Source of the DNA: an uncultured virus (IMG/VR IMGVR_UViG_2788500220_000008)
Lineage: Duplodnaviria > Heunggongvirae > Uroviricota > Caudoviricetes
Direction: 5' to 3' (one strand)
DNA length: 64,000 bases
Virus record (IMG/VR): IMGVR_UViG_2788500220_000008
Coordinates: 1 to 64,000 of that record
Made by a program: the position numbers and the translations under genes. Below, piece by piece: positions 12,001 to 20,500 of the stretch (the stretch's first letter is position 1; each line of letters starts with the position of its first letter). The notes under the pieces are model-generated. The model worked only from the letters and a program-made list of their open reading frames with translations, did not search any database and was not told the origin of the DNA.

Positions 12001-15000
12001 AAAAGGAAAGAAGAAGTCGACAGAGTGTTGAAAAACGCAGAAGTCACGGACGGGAAAGGCAACGTAATTGGCACAGATATGAGCCAACTATCTGACCAAG
12101 AACTTGCCATACTCACGGCTCACCAACTTGACAGCAACACCCTCCAACAATTGCAATTTGGGGTACAAGGCCAAATCCTGCAGAACACCTCCGAAATGAA
12201 TGCCAGCCTCAAAACGCTCGCAGGCGGAAAAGGCGGCCCAACCGCTGGCAATACTCCGGGAGACCCAACCTCGGCACCGGGCCCGCTGACCCCACAAACA
12301 GTGAATGACCCAGCCACCAAGGCAGCGGTTGAAGCAGGCACGAATGCAAATATTGAAAATAGAGTCGCAACTGCCACCGAAACAACTGGAGTCCTCACGG
12401 GAGCCATGGAGGCCACAGCTGCGGTTACTGTTAACGCCACCAAAACAGCCATGCAGGCCCAACAAGGCAAATTTGGATCTGCGCTAGCCTCCCTAGGATC
12501 TATGGGCAAGAAGGCTTGGGGAGGCGTAAAATCAGGTTGGAATTCGATCTTTGGTGATGACGCAGAAGCCGCCAACCGTGGCGGAATAATACACAAATTT
12601 GCTAGGGGTGGAGGCGTAGGCATGTGGGGAGGCACCCACGCCACCGACAATATTCCCGCCTTGTTGACTGGCGGCGAGTTTGTAATGAGAAAAGAAGCTG
12701 TAGAAAAATATGGCACAGGCATGATGGAAGCGCTGAACAGAGGTACCGCAAAAGGCTTCAACCAAGGAGGAGATATATTTGCGAATCCGAAGATAATTGC
12801 AAAAGGTGGGCCCAAAACCACCTTCGGCATGGGAGGAGGACCCAATCAATGGAGTTCTAAAGCTGAAGGAGATATGAAAGCTGGCGACTTTACGCTTAAA
12901 AGAGATAAAGCATCCAGCAGCTTATGGAAGAAGACTGACGCTACCACAGGCGAAACCAGCACAAACTGGGGTAATGTAGGTAACGCTAGTCTGGCTGCTT
13001 TGGATGTGGTTGGGCAAGTTGGAATGGGCTACAAGAGTTATAGGGACGGCAAAAAGCAAAGAGCTGCCGAGGTCGCGAAAGAAAGAGCGGACATGGACAA
13101 GATGAGACGAGAAAGGGACTGGGAGTTGCTCCGCCCGTTCGAATATTATGACATGGCCGCAGACGAAATTGACTTGGGCGGGATTGGTGGTGGTCAAACT
13201 GTCGAAGGGTTGGGAGGGATAAAACTCTCCGCGAAAGCCATGCTTGGCCTAGTGGGCGCAGGGAGCGATAAATACTCCCAAGACCTATATAGCCTGCAAG
13301 GATCAATGCATAAAAACAAAATATATGATCGACTCGCAGATATCGAACACGCCAAAAAGGTCGCCTACTACAAAGCTGTAGACAGTTATGAGAAGAAAAT
13401 GTTTATCGCCCAAACAATGGTGGATGTAGGCAGCGCGATAGCCTCGATGAGTGGAGTACCCGGTGCTTCGGAATTTATGCAGCAAGCAAATACGGTTAAG
13501 AATATCACTGCAGGATTCCAAGCCCTTGCAGGAGTCACAGACAAAACCCAGCAAGGGGCACCTTCATGGGGCGACAGAAAAGCGGCGGAGGATCCCGATA
13601 GAGATCTCGCTCCACCGGGCTTCAGTATCAATCAATGGAAAAACAGACAACGCCTATACTCCAAATATTCCAAAATCAGAACTGGTGGCGAAAGCGCGGC
13701 CGATCTATGGATGGGAGGCTTTGAGCTTACTGCTCCCGGAGAAAGGGCATACAATCCTTCCCTGTACGGCGAAGCGACGAAGAAAAAGAACTTCTTTGGA
13801 GGCCCAATAGAACTGTATAAAGGCGGAAGCGCTGCCAGTGACGACGCATCTAGAATCACCGGAGCGTCTAGCAATGATCTTTCAGGCGCTGGCCGATCAG
13901 GCAGGGCCCTAACTGGCTATGACAGTAACAATAACGATATATACCAATCCTTCGCCCGTGGGGGTCCAACGAGACAGACAATTCCCAACCTTCAGCAAAG
14001 GCAATGGAAAATAGGCGCCGAACTTGTAGATAGGATAAATACAGAAAAAATGGCTCAAATAAATCTTGATGACTTTGAAGTCCAAGAAATTGATGATGCA
14101 TTTCAGCTCCCCGAATCAGTGCTAGGGTCTATAGGCGGTGGGAGCTTTGGGCCAATGGCAAACCCAGCGCTTATAGCTTCTATGGCTCGTGGATTTGATT
14201 ACCTCGCTACAAAAAGATCTCAGGGCGGAGATATTGCTTGGTGGCACTCCGGTAGCCCTCAAGGAGTATTCGAGGCTGCAGTAGGAGGTCTTGTAGGGCT
14301 AGCGAAAGGAATAACATCCTCAGTCCTAAAGCTTGCTGCGGGCGGTCCACTAGGTCATGTAAGAAACCTTAAGATAGAGCCAGACCTCGCTCGTGGAGTT
14401 ACGGGGGCGTCAATCGCAGCCTATTCTTCTTCTGTTGGTCATGGCAGTGACAGTTCCTTGTTTAAGCATTTGGACTCAAATGTAAAAACCGCAGGGTTGG
14501 CGAGAAAAGGAGAGGCAGGCTTTAAGCCCGTGCAACGATCCCACATCGCTGCAGAAAAATCTTCCGGTGGAATAGTGGGGCTTCAGTCTTTAGCTAAATA
14601 CTCTTTTGGAGGTACAGTTACTGGAGGCTCCGGAGTCAGGGACGACGTACCTGCCCTACTTTCAGATGGCGAATATGTGATTAAGAAAAGTTCTGCGATG
14701 AGGCTCGGGACTCACCTCTTGGATCAAATAAACAGCGGTAAAAAGAGTATTAGTAAATTTGCCGGGGGAGGATCAGTTGGCGGAGAAAACATTACGGTAG
14801 AGGAGGGTGGATCCCAAGACGTAACTCATAACATTTCCCAAAACTTTACCTTCAATATAAGTAAAGAAGGAAGCTCTCAAAGCGAAGATACAAACGGAGA
14901 CGAGATGAACGACAATGAAAAAGAAAAGGAATTTGGCAGAAGGGTTCGCACCGCATGTCTTAAGGTTATCGAGGAAGAACGCAGGATTGGCGGATTACTC

Positions 15001-15006
15001 CATTAG
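1..15006 (+). CDS. Giant phage tail tape measure protein (TP901-type core, 5'-truncated, >=5001 aa) with internal cargo cassettes
   Basis: Frame 1 is open from base 1 (RVIAFGASVGIINAVGNAFKSLVL) into the 4978-aa ORF. N-terminal TP901-like core (AALEFSRQG, AVDVQFAVSTEDL, GNVIGNSFKTIFTRI), hydrophobic Gly/Ala segments, long helical region, and two copies of the TMP C-terminal motif FAxGG..D.IPALL..GE(F/Y)V. Lies upstream of tail tip genes. Confidence 0.9.
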   Translation, partial: RVIAFGASVGIINAVGNAFKSLVLQTIEVQKQMTEINVIMQKSVTDMGAMQRSLFSIAKDTAQSFGLVTEAALEFSRQGMSMQETLNATKQAMILSRITALDAAEAVKGLTAAVNGFAEAGITHAQVVNKMSAVDVQFAVSTEDLIHGLERAGAVAQGAKVNFDELMGAITAAQQITARGGNVIGNSFKTIFTRIQRRSTINRLEELGIAVKDLQGNTLPAMKILKELAMTYDGLTDATKAAVAEQVGGVFQINILRAAMKDLSRENSVFARATKISSRATDEATKKNIALNQTLAALAAQTGTSIQQLSESLGKLTMGPGIEKVLKTINTLAEGALGGIEAEGLGGDLARGMLKGFGNILSGPGLILLGGMFVKLFGEVTKFATKSMANIIGITTQKQKQKVVEEAILKVLMENEGVEASLLAMGKNRVLQEEHILKLIKQQSAASKERAAIAAAVTPGIVKAGVRGADLSLKKGSGGVIPKEDKAIERKGAMAGGYSPGSISKIDIEGVGPVVYNKAEKVKRFPGMKQEAIMPPKSSRAGGTYAKEFKKVHGFNPYAQSGYIPNYGIVNTGASKILALPRTNMVTHGRGDGQSTRRMDEKYSRTGDKILLTEVGRFVSQGVPYEKRNVLGKIMSRLLDKGIVSITRPGRFEKEKFRANPRSKDKDYDQFETHMVKQLSSQGYRSTGRVIDPKTRKLIESGNNNYPQDAFAKGKVPREFKISRIDEKDLLSKSIRRTTDLDPGDVLSGKYTSGDIAKGNEFTRVLRSNFGPDSGMHDEVLMGLLDKFEASNLNSAIRLMEQKGIKVPPGQEAYTAAIHGLSKGLIPNFAKPGLRLPTWKHKARSAMQIYKGLSAKRASSKGPDIKARDALAKAWDDTSDYATTVSKTFRGKQERGRPVNQKVLEIMENPNKYGFNAEWTGAEGRKAVQFFSQKGKLANPDYQAIGSQNNLAGEAHFQSARDIAKSIWGKDSVSSVKGRSTPMDMRISNLGYLDPRTSGAHGPSKIFHKILRQLAMDNPQYLKTRLLRGGNFDGIHGLKRTAVGRGGDTSKAFGFMEIGGSMSRTARISDMKKADGNIPFKDGVFAGGVGRKEKYWKSIQDWFDGLSPKDQAKVMRARMHGEWKIMPKESLDTFANQGFIPNFAANPAQHTMAKQLAKQRAERENEYIGAERGQFNVLRDKYGKITSNYVRGLDRRNNPEWTLRRPLLKSKDPDQFIREIENFLRMHTSGRLSGSYSHGMRSHTIKNYRGDDVSIVRDAREGLGESAYQKPLLREDRMFEYQHEKTTGNKTKQYYGSGAVSWGRLKDRWGDSTGASLRTEGFAKGSYAQGNLNVTDGHLNRGVVRVDADEFDAYAPTRAQEAATGLVFEKQFAKKDLWTKNNVIEFFRTGDPSLLGIAHGGFGRPMSRGQSPLNWLQEQIRSGKLENVTFDTMGGWNIGLQKEFEITEASLRKYNREQRDPNRVASSLGLIPNFAFGMQGGKAFSFGGKKSVQAKNAYNRQLALAGGDMRMFNKEYPHPAISRARTERGNYAAALSGKSMVYAPHAKEALDRKNLEIAQTLRSQARKGLISEPQKDQLIKDLYDWEKMLKIDKNVKDQSLRLKNLDRSLTGKSNYAPNLDDITLRNEWARYLKESRYMDMDTRIAEKYLSRYGPTPPERVFNEMGMMNLYGVKGESPWSVNTFDSRYGAAKGAGLVLRNSGYSSGMIPNFAIMKGFPSAKHYTTKFKPALQAAERKKEYIRYLLEARTKARIRYDRTGRLSDKNAADWKSAEILALRKPGSDHMSMEHENMFGAKARRAGAPPRDLLVASSGLVPNFFNILSIAGDRKQLLKMWQGKLDKAKHAARSGGPRAETDPLISKLNGEANHIWDQLQLLNQGKPYKIPNFANISKIKELAKRGVGGEKANAQKMLDRFSIKSKSMFDDMIIDDFLKNPNMPYKGPWGNTVTDYLLSKGYNKEQILKAATSPGGYTRGGMSQGLIPNFASLPVRPGIVPVADDIFQNLSMKKRGPLDRLLDKAPNKQEVIDALQKIGWDKLDDVMEIIPQLERLGMKVADVLPKFLNFFPGGLIPNFADPLGAAISREKAAGVPASLIRVSQSNRLKGPQNPAGLAVTNTRDEPRGVGQGIKRAISMGIDPKTHGASKGRVPSFALPAGLGGSPPLAFGTAPIAGVAPLSVQFKELGLSLGSVNKETLQASTSFRKFIQAAHKGDSSVTKHAAALDKHLRALIKDEAELAKVTASLSRLGAAANKAGKKGTDVPGGGTTGATSPPPAPKTGGGGVMGWLSNSRVSNWGKKTGAAMNPMKPGGFFQQFHAAGTGRMHGGTSGIMGAAGAKAGNFFGGLNRRMNANPGVGMALMMAPMMTEAGAESIRGGKRKWQRSKGSRAASGAMSGLGDVAMYTAMGSMIAPGPWGTAIGATVGTVVALNKVFNEMKLTAADVGERNQHLASEMDNAVQSVSKFTRLEKKQEERLRAGDYKGSESMQTQLNEARREMQDSFGREFAFKYEDADASERQEMLDKAQDAKSAQASIAGVDSALAKIAETDLAGTGSVQAIMGRGKGEMGYTSVGMGIQTGLMSITGGISQALGLSFSQNKGELIPRVNFMDYASAGEFFSGGVSEKDKAMQVAQFEALESDMQSAGAAVRGLDPVLSSRGKQMLEAYMGDERFKTLREQSAAGAGGYDESLAETMSESGAALFLKLKEQIDPKIQGEQRTLIEKQLQALSENMAANDESDETQAVMGFFGKGYMDAATEEFDIRNKHLEFLRSHFANFNKSLKYMMGDVSSHFKVISQRMNEERQGFQASGGALKSGGIGLNEAGMIRVTQALDRISMEMKHSKSLEDNRQKTFKDISTSVQKHGLTSMTGRSAFGSESTLVSEVQNFMIAQGALEEGADLRSLFTGNPTERMAEAFSEYIKEGQIDYNDLLARTKNVTNREAQGLTDKAWKEVMDVKGTERKVTADEWDEGSDWIFDSSYHSRNAYGFAMGTRDEVAARYAKDSGRHMVEGDTMHGEDARIGEELRKRFGELRDQFTKSGDLDIEGFTDAVKSIQDGMQVYSVTQAQMRENEWTTEHAEEKWWASGGYIASTNVHSESVGVQQAVSETLWDKLSTWQAKEIARLKQQAKEKSQKHLADIQTEDAEDSIEAAMKALQAVGTAIRLNASQESRDMMEIIQKNRESYDLLKNANQIETQLFNMRNTMALEGAQLVELSINSQRIAMDRIAKLNLESVATGDESFKAKGSQANLEKIERDEERRKKIESAVIDLEVADKQMDPFEALIHSIKRRSEQDQKSLLRRKAGELSLASDTLIGDLTPQSLEAKGGTQIHAVNFSELHKRSKARMTEAEEKYMPHFEKMKELLMKEDFTEALGTRDWPNIKNAINAAIDPGELNAIFAALAAKELKDGTKEIGSFKNLSEDTRKLMLDKHDNDNMANWKSPEAALDVGRKLENHAGIKKARDKMVQFWLEYEQAQRLSTESMGQADFKSYLNVINERNKASSELTKGILGAKKKFDNELAQINNKFKSDPAKLERAQAGILKQFRDSLINFYGKLYDDEFITGQAPSGFTLPSGKSPSDKEYYQYSVLGMHGGMKGQKGVHHAAAQEELKKQQAVYTAVRNEMGKTDKSGSFVADPKEILQRFDKIAKEGLSGVLDINTLLDQIDPDRKARMAEETDKMLAQQKNISVQEKLTQTMDTLSHSVTRTAQRMDDATNMAASIIQEYGNMELTTGGMTDVERANRRRSITGVTTALGNRNQQAQLQREGFLSLLRKIPGVSTAGPERATRLKEMAELIPKMKPLSPEEYKKTMDSFVGKAGLDMSSNAFSGPSSTELSSSTGMKWMELRSASGKGHQEKLRTEMNKQAISLRELIDTQDSEIQKRQALNRVLEENERYLQSFGAGVSSAIGDIRTRIANQEARRGEGLVNAVRDGLKTKIQGGFDKSEGESFWKHMNDARREADAANAADQATNIVFGTGLGDLAGALGIESMAGFNMQKFWDPEGFKRKEEVDRVLKNAEVTDGKGNVIGTDMSQLSDQELAILTAHQLDSNTLQQLQFGVQGQILQNTSEMNASLKTLAGGKGGPTAGNTPGDPTSAPGPLTPQTVNDPATKAAVEAGTNANIENRVATATETTGVLTGAMEATAAVTVNATKTAMQAQQGKFGSALASLGSMGKKAWGGVKSGWNSIFGDDAEAANRGGIIHKFARGGGVGMWGGTHATDNIPALLTGGEFVMRKEAVEKYGTGMMEALNRGTAKGFNQGGDIFANPKIIAKGGPKTTFGMGGGPNQWSSKAEGDMKAGDFTLKRDKASSSLWKKTDATTGETSTNWGNVGNASLAALDVVGQVGMGYKSYRDGKKQRAAEVAKERADMDKMRRERDWELLRPFEYYDMAADEIDLGGIGGGQTVEGLGGIKLSAKAMLGLVGAGSDKYSQDLYSLQGSMHKNKIYDRLADIEHAKKVAYYKAVDSYEKKMFIAQTMVDVGSAIASMSGVPGASEFMQQANTVKNITAGFQALAGVTDKTQQGAPSWGDRKAAEDPDRDLAPPGFSINQWKNRQRLYSKYSKIRTGGESAADLWMGGFELTAPGERAYNPSLYGEATKKKNFFGGPIELYKGGSAASDDASRITGASSNDLSGAGRSGRALTGYDSNNNDIYQSFARGGPTRQTIPNLQQRQWKIGAELVDRINTEKMAQINLDDFEVQEIDDAFQLPESVLGSIGGGSFGPMANPALIASMARGFDYLATKRSQGGDIAWWHSGSPQGVFEAAVGGLVGLAKGITSSVLKLAAGGPLGHVRNLKIEPDLARGVTGASIAAYSSSVGHGSDSSLFKHLDSNVKTAGLARKGEAGFKPVQRSHIAAEKSSGGIVGLQSLAKYSFGGTVTGGSGVRDDVPALLSDGEYVIKKSSAMRLGTHLLDQINSGKKSISKFAGGGSVGGENITVEEGGSQDVTHNISQNFTFNISKEGSSQSEDTNGDEMNDNEKEKEFGRRVRTACLKVIEEERRIGGLLH

Positions 15007-15011
15007 GCTTT

Positions 15012-17540
15012 ATGAATATAAGAACGAGCCTAGGTCCCTATGAGCAGCAAGTACTCGTAAATAACACCTTCATCCCCGGGGTGGAGAGTTTTGACGGTAC
15101 TTATGAAACTTCCCAAATCCCGATTAATGCGGTGGGCAAGGGCTACACGCAAAGCCTTATAGATCAGCCACCCAGAGGAGCGTTTAGCATGACTAGGAAT
15201 ATGCTCTATGTTGATCCTCTCATCAACTTTACCGGTGAAGACCCTATGAAAATTAGGGTGGTATATCCTAATGCCAATAATGTAGGCGACGCGTCTCTAG
15301 ACATTAAGGACGCCTACATGTCCAACTACTCAGTAAGCTGCTCAGTCGGGAGCCTACCCCAAATAAACAATTCGTTTGATGTTTATGGAGATATGGGGTC
15401 CACTATATTTTTTAATGATAATTATATTGATCCGAACTTTATAAACAATCAAGTATGGGAGAAAAATTCGGTCACTCTCAACCCTGACAGTAACGGATTC
15501 CCTATAAAAAGCCCTAGGGGAATTAATGAAGCTACTTCTCTTTTGTTCGGGAATGATGGAAGCGGGAAGGGTCGACTTAAAGCTTCTGTCGACAATATGG
15601 CCATGCACGAAACGTTTATGCTGACCTGCCAAGCAAAGCTAATTGATGCCCCGGCAAATTCAACACTCTCTATTTACATAACTGAAAGCGACGAGAACTC
15701 CAAGGGCAGAAAGGATATAGATGTCTCTAAGTTTAATAAAGACGAGTGGACGAAAATAAATATAAAACTAACAAGAGATACCCCTCTCCCTACCGTGGGG
15801 AATATTGATCTAAATATAGAATCTGATGCGGGAGTAAAAATAGCTTTATTTAATTTTAATTTTGTTAAAGTCGAAGAGATAGAATTTAATCAAGAAGATT
15901 CCATTCCTAATGACGGGAGTATTCACATCACCTGTGAGGGAAGTGAGACAAACTCAGTTAAAAGCTTTGAGTATTCAATTAATGTTAATCGCAAGCCGTT
16001 CTTTGTAGTGGGAGACTTAGAGCCTAAAATCGTCGAAACGATATACCCTATGACCATTGACGCTCGGTTTACAATGGAGCTTAATGACTATGAAGCGCAA
16101 AACATGAAGGATGTCTTTGCTACAAAAAAACTAAGAGATATTGATATAGTAATTAAAAATAGGTACAATACATTTAATGGGGAGTCTGAATTCCCCCATA
16201 TTACAGATACGATGTCTAAAACAGACAATCGGCCGATAAACGCATGGCAAGGTAACGCGATAAAGCTTCAAAATGTAACGGGAGAAACTGTGAACCAAAA
16301 TTATTCTGATGCGCACCCTTCTGCCCAGACTAAAAGTCTAATAACTCCTCCTCCTCCCGTCAAAGGATTTAGCGTTTGGAAAATCCACCGAATCAAAAAC
16401 CATGTTTGGCAGACGGCAGCGAAAGGGAGCGACCCTTCTGCTGCGGTAGGCATTACAGGTAGAAAGATAGAAGATTACTATGGCTTCGGACGGGACTATA
16501 CCTTTTCTACTTACGTTTGGATTCCGGGCAATATAGGCGCAGAGCAAATATCAAATATATTTGCAGTTCAATACGATGATGACGCTATTAGCCATGCTCC
16601 GGGACCAGTTCACAGCACAGACAGTCAGCTCTCGGGGAGCAGAGAGGTTCAGGAGCGAGGAGACAGCCATCTAAACCATATAATTCTTGGCCTCGCTTCT
16701 GGGAGCACGATAGACATTACTGACGCAGACAGTGTTCAACCCGCAAGTGCTACGGAGATAGGCAACTGGCAGAGGGTTTCAGCATCCTTCAGGCCTGACA
16801 TGTCTCTGTCAGCCACACATCCTCACTTTGCCGTAATATTAGCCATTAGCCTTCCTCACGACTCTCCTGACTCCAGCGGTAACCCCTCTGGGATAGAATC
16901 TCACACTTACTTGTCTTGCACTCAAATTGAAAATCTAGACAAACCAACTCCATTTAAGACTGAAGGCTTCTTTACTCTTCCTGTTAAAAACGCCCATCTC
17001 GTGAGCGAGAGCTTTGGAGGGGACTCTCAAGACGGCTCTGTCGTAAATTTAACTTACAGGGGGTATATTAACCAGCCGGGGAGCGAATGTGCGCCCCCCG
17101 CGCCTCTTCCTTTTGCGGAAATCGACTGGCCTAAGCCGGGCGTTCCTAATGCTTCGTTTTCCTTTTACGCCGTTCCTAGCACCTCATCATTGGGTGGAGA
17201 AAGGTTTTGCGTTACTAATTTTGGCAATTTCAATGGTACATATATTGAGGGTACGGCCGTATGGAATGGAAGGCCGATCTTTATGAAGGAGGACGGTAGT
17301 GCTGTAATGTATTACGGTCAAGGCACCCCAGCAAATACTCTAGATGGAGGTCATCATGCTGATGCCTACGGAAGCTACCCCTCTGACTTTGAGCATGCTT
17401 GGTTTATTAGCTTCTATGTACCGGGACAAGAAATTGGGTCTCAGTCTAGCAATCGACAGGTTGGCGTAGACAACACGGGCTCCAGAACCCCATCCTCTTC
17501 CATCTGGGAAGATGTGGTCGTAAATATAGGGGAATGCTAA
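15012..17540 (+). CDS. Tail-tube-like/distal tail structural protein with inserted carbohydrate-binding-like domains
   Basis: 842-aa ORF directly after the TMP. Internally duplicated tube-like motifs (AYMSNYSVSCSVG; SFEYSINVNRKPFFVVGDLEP; AHLVSESF) are interrupted by jelly-roll-like inserts (DEWTKINIKL; DYTFSTYVWIP..NWQRVSASF..TQIE). Confidence 0.55.
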   Translation: MNIRTSLGPYEQQVLVNNTFIPGVESFDGTYETSQIPINAVGKGYTQSLIDQPPRGAFSMTRNMLYVDPLINFTGEDPMKIRVVYPNANNVGDASLDIKDAYMSNYSVSCSVGSLPQINNSFDVYGDMGSTIFFNDNYIDPNFINNQVWEKNSVTLNPDSNGFPIKSPRGINEATSLLFGNDGSGKGRLKASVDNMAMHETFMLTCQAKLIDAPANSTLSIYITESDENSKGRKDIDVSKFNKDEWTKINIKLTRDTPLPTVGNIDLNIESDAGVKIALFNFNFVKVEEIEFNQEDSIPNDGSIHITCEGSETNSVKSFEYSINVNRKPFFVVGDLEPKIVETIYPMTIDARFTMELNDYEAQNMKDVFATKKLRDIDIVIKNRYNTFNGESEFPHITDTMSKTDNRPINAWQGNAIKLQNVTGETVNQNYSDAHPSAQTKSLITPPPPVKGFSVWKIHRIKNHVWQTAAKGSDPSAAVGITGRKIEDYYGFGRDYTFSTYVWIPGNIGAEQISNIFAVQYDDDAISHAPGPVHSTDSQLSGSREVQERGDSHLNHIILGLASGSTIDITDADSVQPASATEIGNWQRVSASFRPDMSLSATHPHFAVILAISLPHDSPDSSGNPSGIESHTYLSCTQIENLDKPTPFKTEGFFTLPVKNAHLVSESFGGDSQDGSVVNLTYRGYINQPGSECAPPAPLPFAEIDWPKPGVPNASFSFYAVPSTSSLGGERFCVTNFGNFNGTYIEGTAVWNGRPIFMKEDGSAVMYYGQGTPANTLDGGHHADAYGSYPSDFEHAWFISFYVPGQEIGSQSSNRQVGVDNTGSRTPSSSIWEDVVVNIGEC

Positions 17541-20500
17541 TGAGTAGTCATTCTGGAACAGCGCCTCTAACAATACAGTTTCAAAATGAAACTACAGGCC
17601 AGACAACGGGATTCTTGTGGGATTTTGATGACGGCAAGACTTCAACGGCCTTCAATCCAGTGCATGTTTTCGATAGGCCCGGAACTTACAATGTCACACT
17701 AACCGCAACTGGAGACGGAGGGAATAACGTAACCATGCATACTATTGTGGTTGAAACCCCTGCCCCACACGCCTTTTTCTCGGCGAGCCTAGAAAGCGGA
17801 GACGCGCCACTTACAGTGGGGTTTACTAATGAAAGCACCGGAGGATTCGCATCTGGCTGGCTCTGGAGCTTTGGTGACGGCCAGACATCCAACAGCGAAC
17901 ATGTAACGCATACGTTCTCGAATCCCGGGACATATAATGTAACATTAACAGCTACGGGTACGGACGTACCTCCGTCTGTTTATACAAAAACCATTGAGGT
18001 TCTTGTTCCTGCTCCTATTGCAAAGTGGGAACCTGATACTTGGTATGGTCAAATTCCGCTAACAGTCAATTTTCAAAATTTAACTACTGGGCAAGGCCCA
18101 ATAAGCTATCTATGGGAGTTTGGGGAGGGAGAAGGCACTTCCACGGAAGCCGAACCGACTCACACTTACAATACCTACGGAACCTATAGTGTGGTACTTA
18201 CGGCGACGGGGGCAGACGGACGAAGCACTCAGTATATGCAATTAATAGGGGCGAACCTTACCCCCACAACAGCATTTTCCGTATCTCCCATCCAAGGCGA
18301 TGCCCCTCTCACTGTCGATATAACAAATAAAACCACGGGTCAAGTAACGTCTTGGAATTGGCAATTCGGGCAAGACGGTGATCTTGGTAGCTCTTCGTTA
18401 GAGGACCCCGGTCAATTTACTTTTAACGACCCGGGTATTTACCCTATAGTGCTAACTGCAGTAGGAAACGCAGGGACATCCGTAGTCTCTAGAGATATAA
18501 CTGTTTTTGGTGACGATCCTGTCGCATCTTTCACCGTTCCCGCAAATATACGAGTCGGAGAATCGGTGACAATCATTAACAACAGCACAAATGCAGTCTC
18601 TTATGACTGGTCTTGGGGAAATGGGCTTTCCTCTTCAGTTTCGTATGATGGAGCTACTTCTAGCCCCGCTTATACGGCCACTGGGGACTTTACTATAACC
18701 CTAACCGCAACCTCCACATCAGGAGCCCAAAACACCGCCTCACATACCTTTACAGTGTCTGAGGCATCTTCTAGCCCTAAGGCTTTGTTTGATTTGAAAT
18801 TTACAGATTCAGGAGACATTGGTCCCCCGCACGATTCTGGCCAAAATATTACAAGCTCACATGGCTTAGAGACCATTGTTAACACCAATGAACTCGCCGA
18901 CGGATCTCCTTCTAAAGTTCTTCATAACATTGATAACGCCACAAACAAAATACCAAACCGCTCAAGGATAAAAATATACAACCGTTCTATTCCCGGATCA
19001 ACGGCTGACCCACTAACTGAATATCAGTTGCAGTACGATTTAGGCGATGCAGTACTAACTGAAGTTGTAGACTGCGACTATTCAGGAAGCGGAAGCATGA
19101 ATGTCGCCCGAATCAATGGAGTTACGGGGAATTGGGGAGGAACACCGATGGACCTTACGGTATTAGACGGCGTGCCAATCCCTCAATGCCATGACGCTGA
19201 TGGCCACGCAGGAGCTCTAGTTTATTTTCCTCAATTCTCAATCAAAACAGGAAATAGTGCGGTAGTTAAGATCAAGCTCACGGTTAAAGATTCAAACGGA
19301 AACACCGATTCAATAGAAAAAGCATTTAGAATATGGGATCTAGCTGCAAAGACCTCTGCCTCGGATACCCCGAAAGCTGCAAGCGCAGATATTGAGGCTT
19401 GGCGGGCGACATATTTAGGACCTTACCACGAAGAGTCTAACCCTATAGATAAAGTAACCGAAGATAAGGATGGAGGTAAAATTTGGAACACAGGAACTCC
19501 ATTTGACTTTTACGTGCCTAATTTTGGGTCCGGAGATACGCTTTGCGATGCTTTTGAGGTTATGGTCTGGAGAATGAAAAAGCCTCCTTCTTGGCTTACT
19601 GATATATTGAAGGATCGAACATACGATCCCCTGCTCCATTTTGGAACCCGATGGCACTTTTATCCCGGCCTAGGCATCGATTACAGTAAAGCTCACCACA
19701 CTTTAGTCTGGAAAAATGGATGTGCAGGATGGGGACAAACAAATAACATGCAGTTTAATTATAATCTCGACCGTTTGGGCGGCGCTAATGATTCTCCATA
19801 CAACCCCGTAGGAAAATCGTGGACAGTAACCCGCACCAATCCAGATTATAATAAGCTAAGATTGACCTATGTAAAAAAAGTAGGGTCAAACCTAGAGACT
19901 CTTGGAGTAGAATATTCCGGAAATACAGCAAAGGATGGAAACTTTACGGGGGATGACCTTTCTGAGATTCAAGTGGCAAACAAAGGAGCTAGGTATATGC
20001 TCGACTCCGCAACCAACGCACGAAGCACAATGGCCGGTACCCCGTCTCATTCTTGGTATGGTTACAGAATTGGCTTCTTTGATGAAATGTGGACCGACAA
20101 CAGCGTAAAAGACGCTACAGAATCCAATGAGATTGTAATTTGCGAAAGGCCAGATGACCTTCGCGAATATAATGCGCTAGTAGCCGCCATTAACGATAAC
20201 GATCCTAGCGCAGTAATCGCGACTAGGAAGGGCTTGGGCATGATAGATGGATTTGGCTGGATTGTTTGGCTATACGATGGTAAAGGGGTCCCGTATATAG
20301 GCGACTCCCCAGATCTTGGTAGAAACGCCACGTCTTCAGATGTAACCCTTTGGGAGGCTAATCATAATGGCAAGTATGTAGTCTCACACACCGATTATGC
20401 AATAAAGAAATGTGGCAAAAAAGAATCCGCAGTGAAGATTATTTCCGCCGGCTCCGCATCTGGAGCGACGGGAGCAAATTGGGACAACATAGGCGCAACA

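Noticed and set aside
217..14101. Many short antisense or alternate-frame ORFs within the TMP and other long genes (e.g. 6609-7289, 12120-12845)
   Set aside because: They are shadows of Gly/Ala-rich coding sequence, fully nested in well-supported genes, with no recognisable motifs or expression signals.
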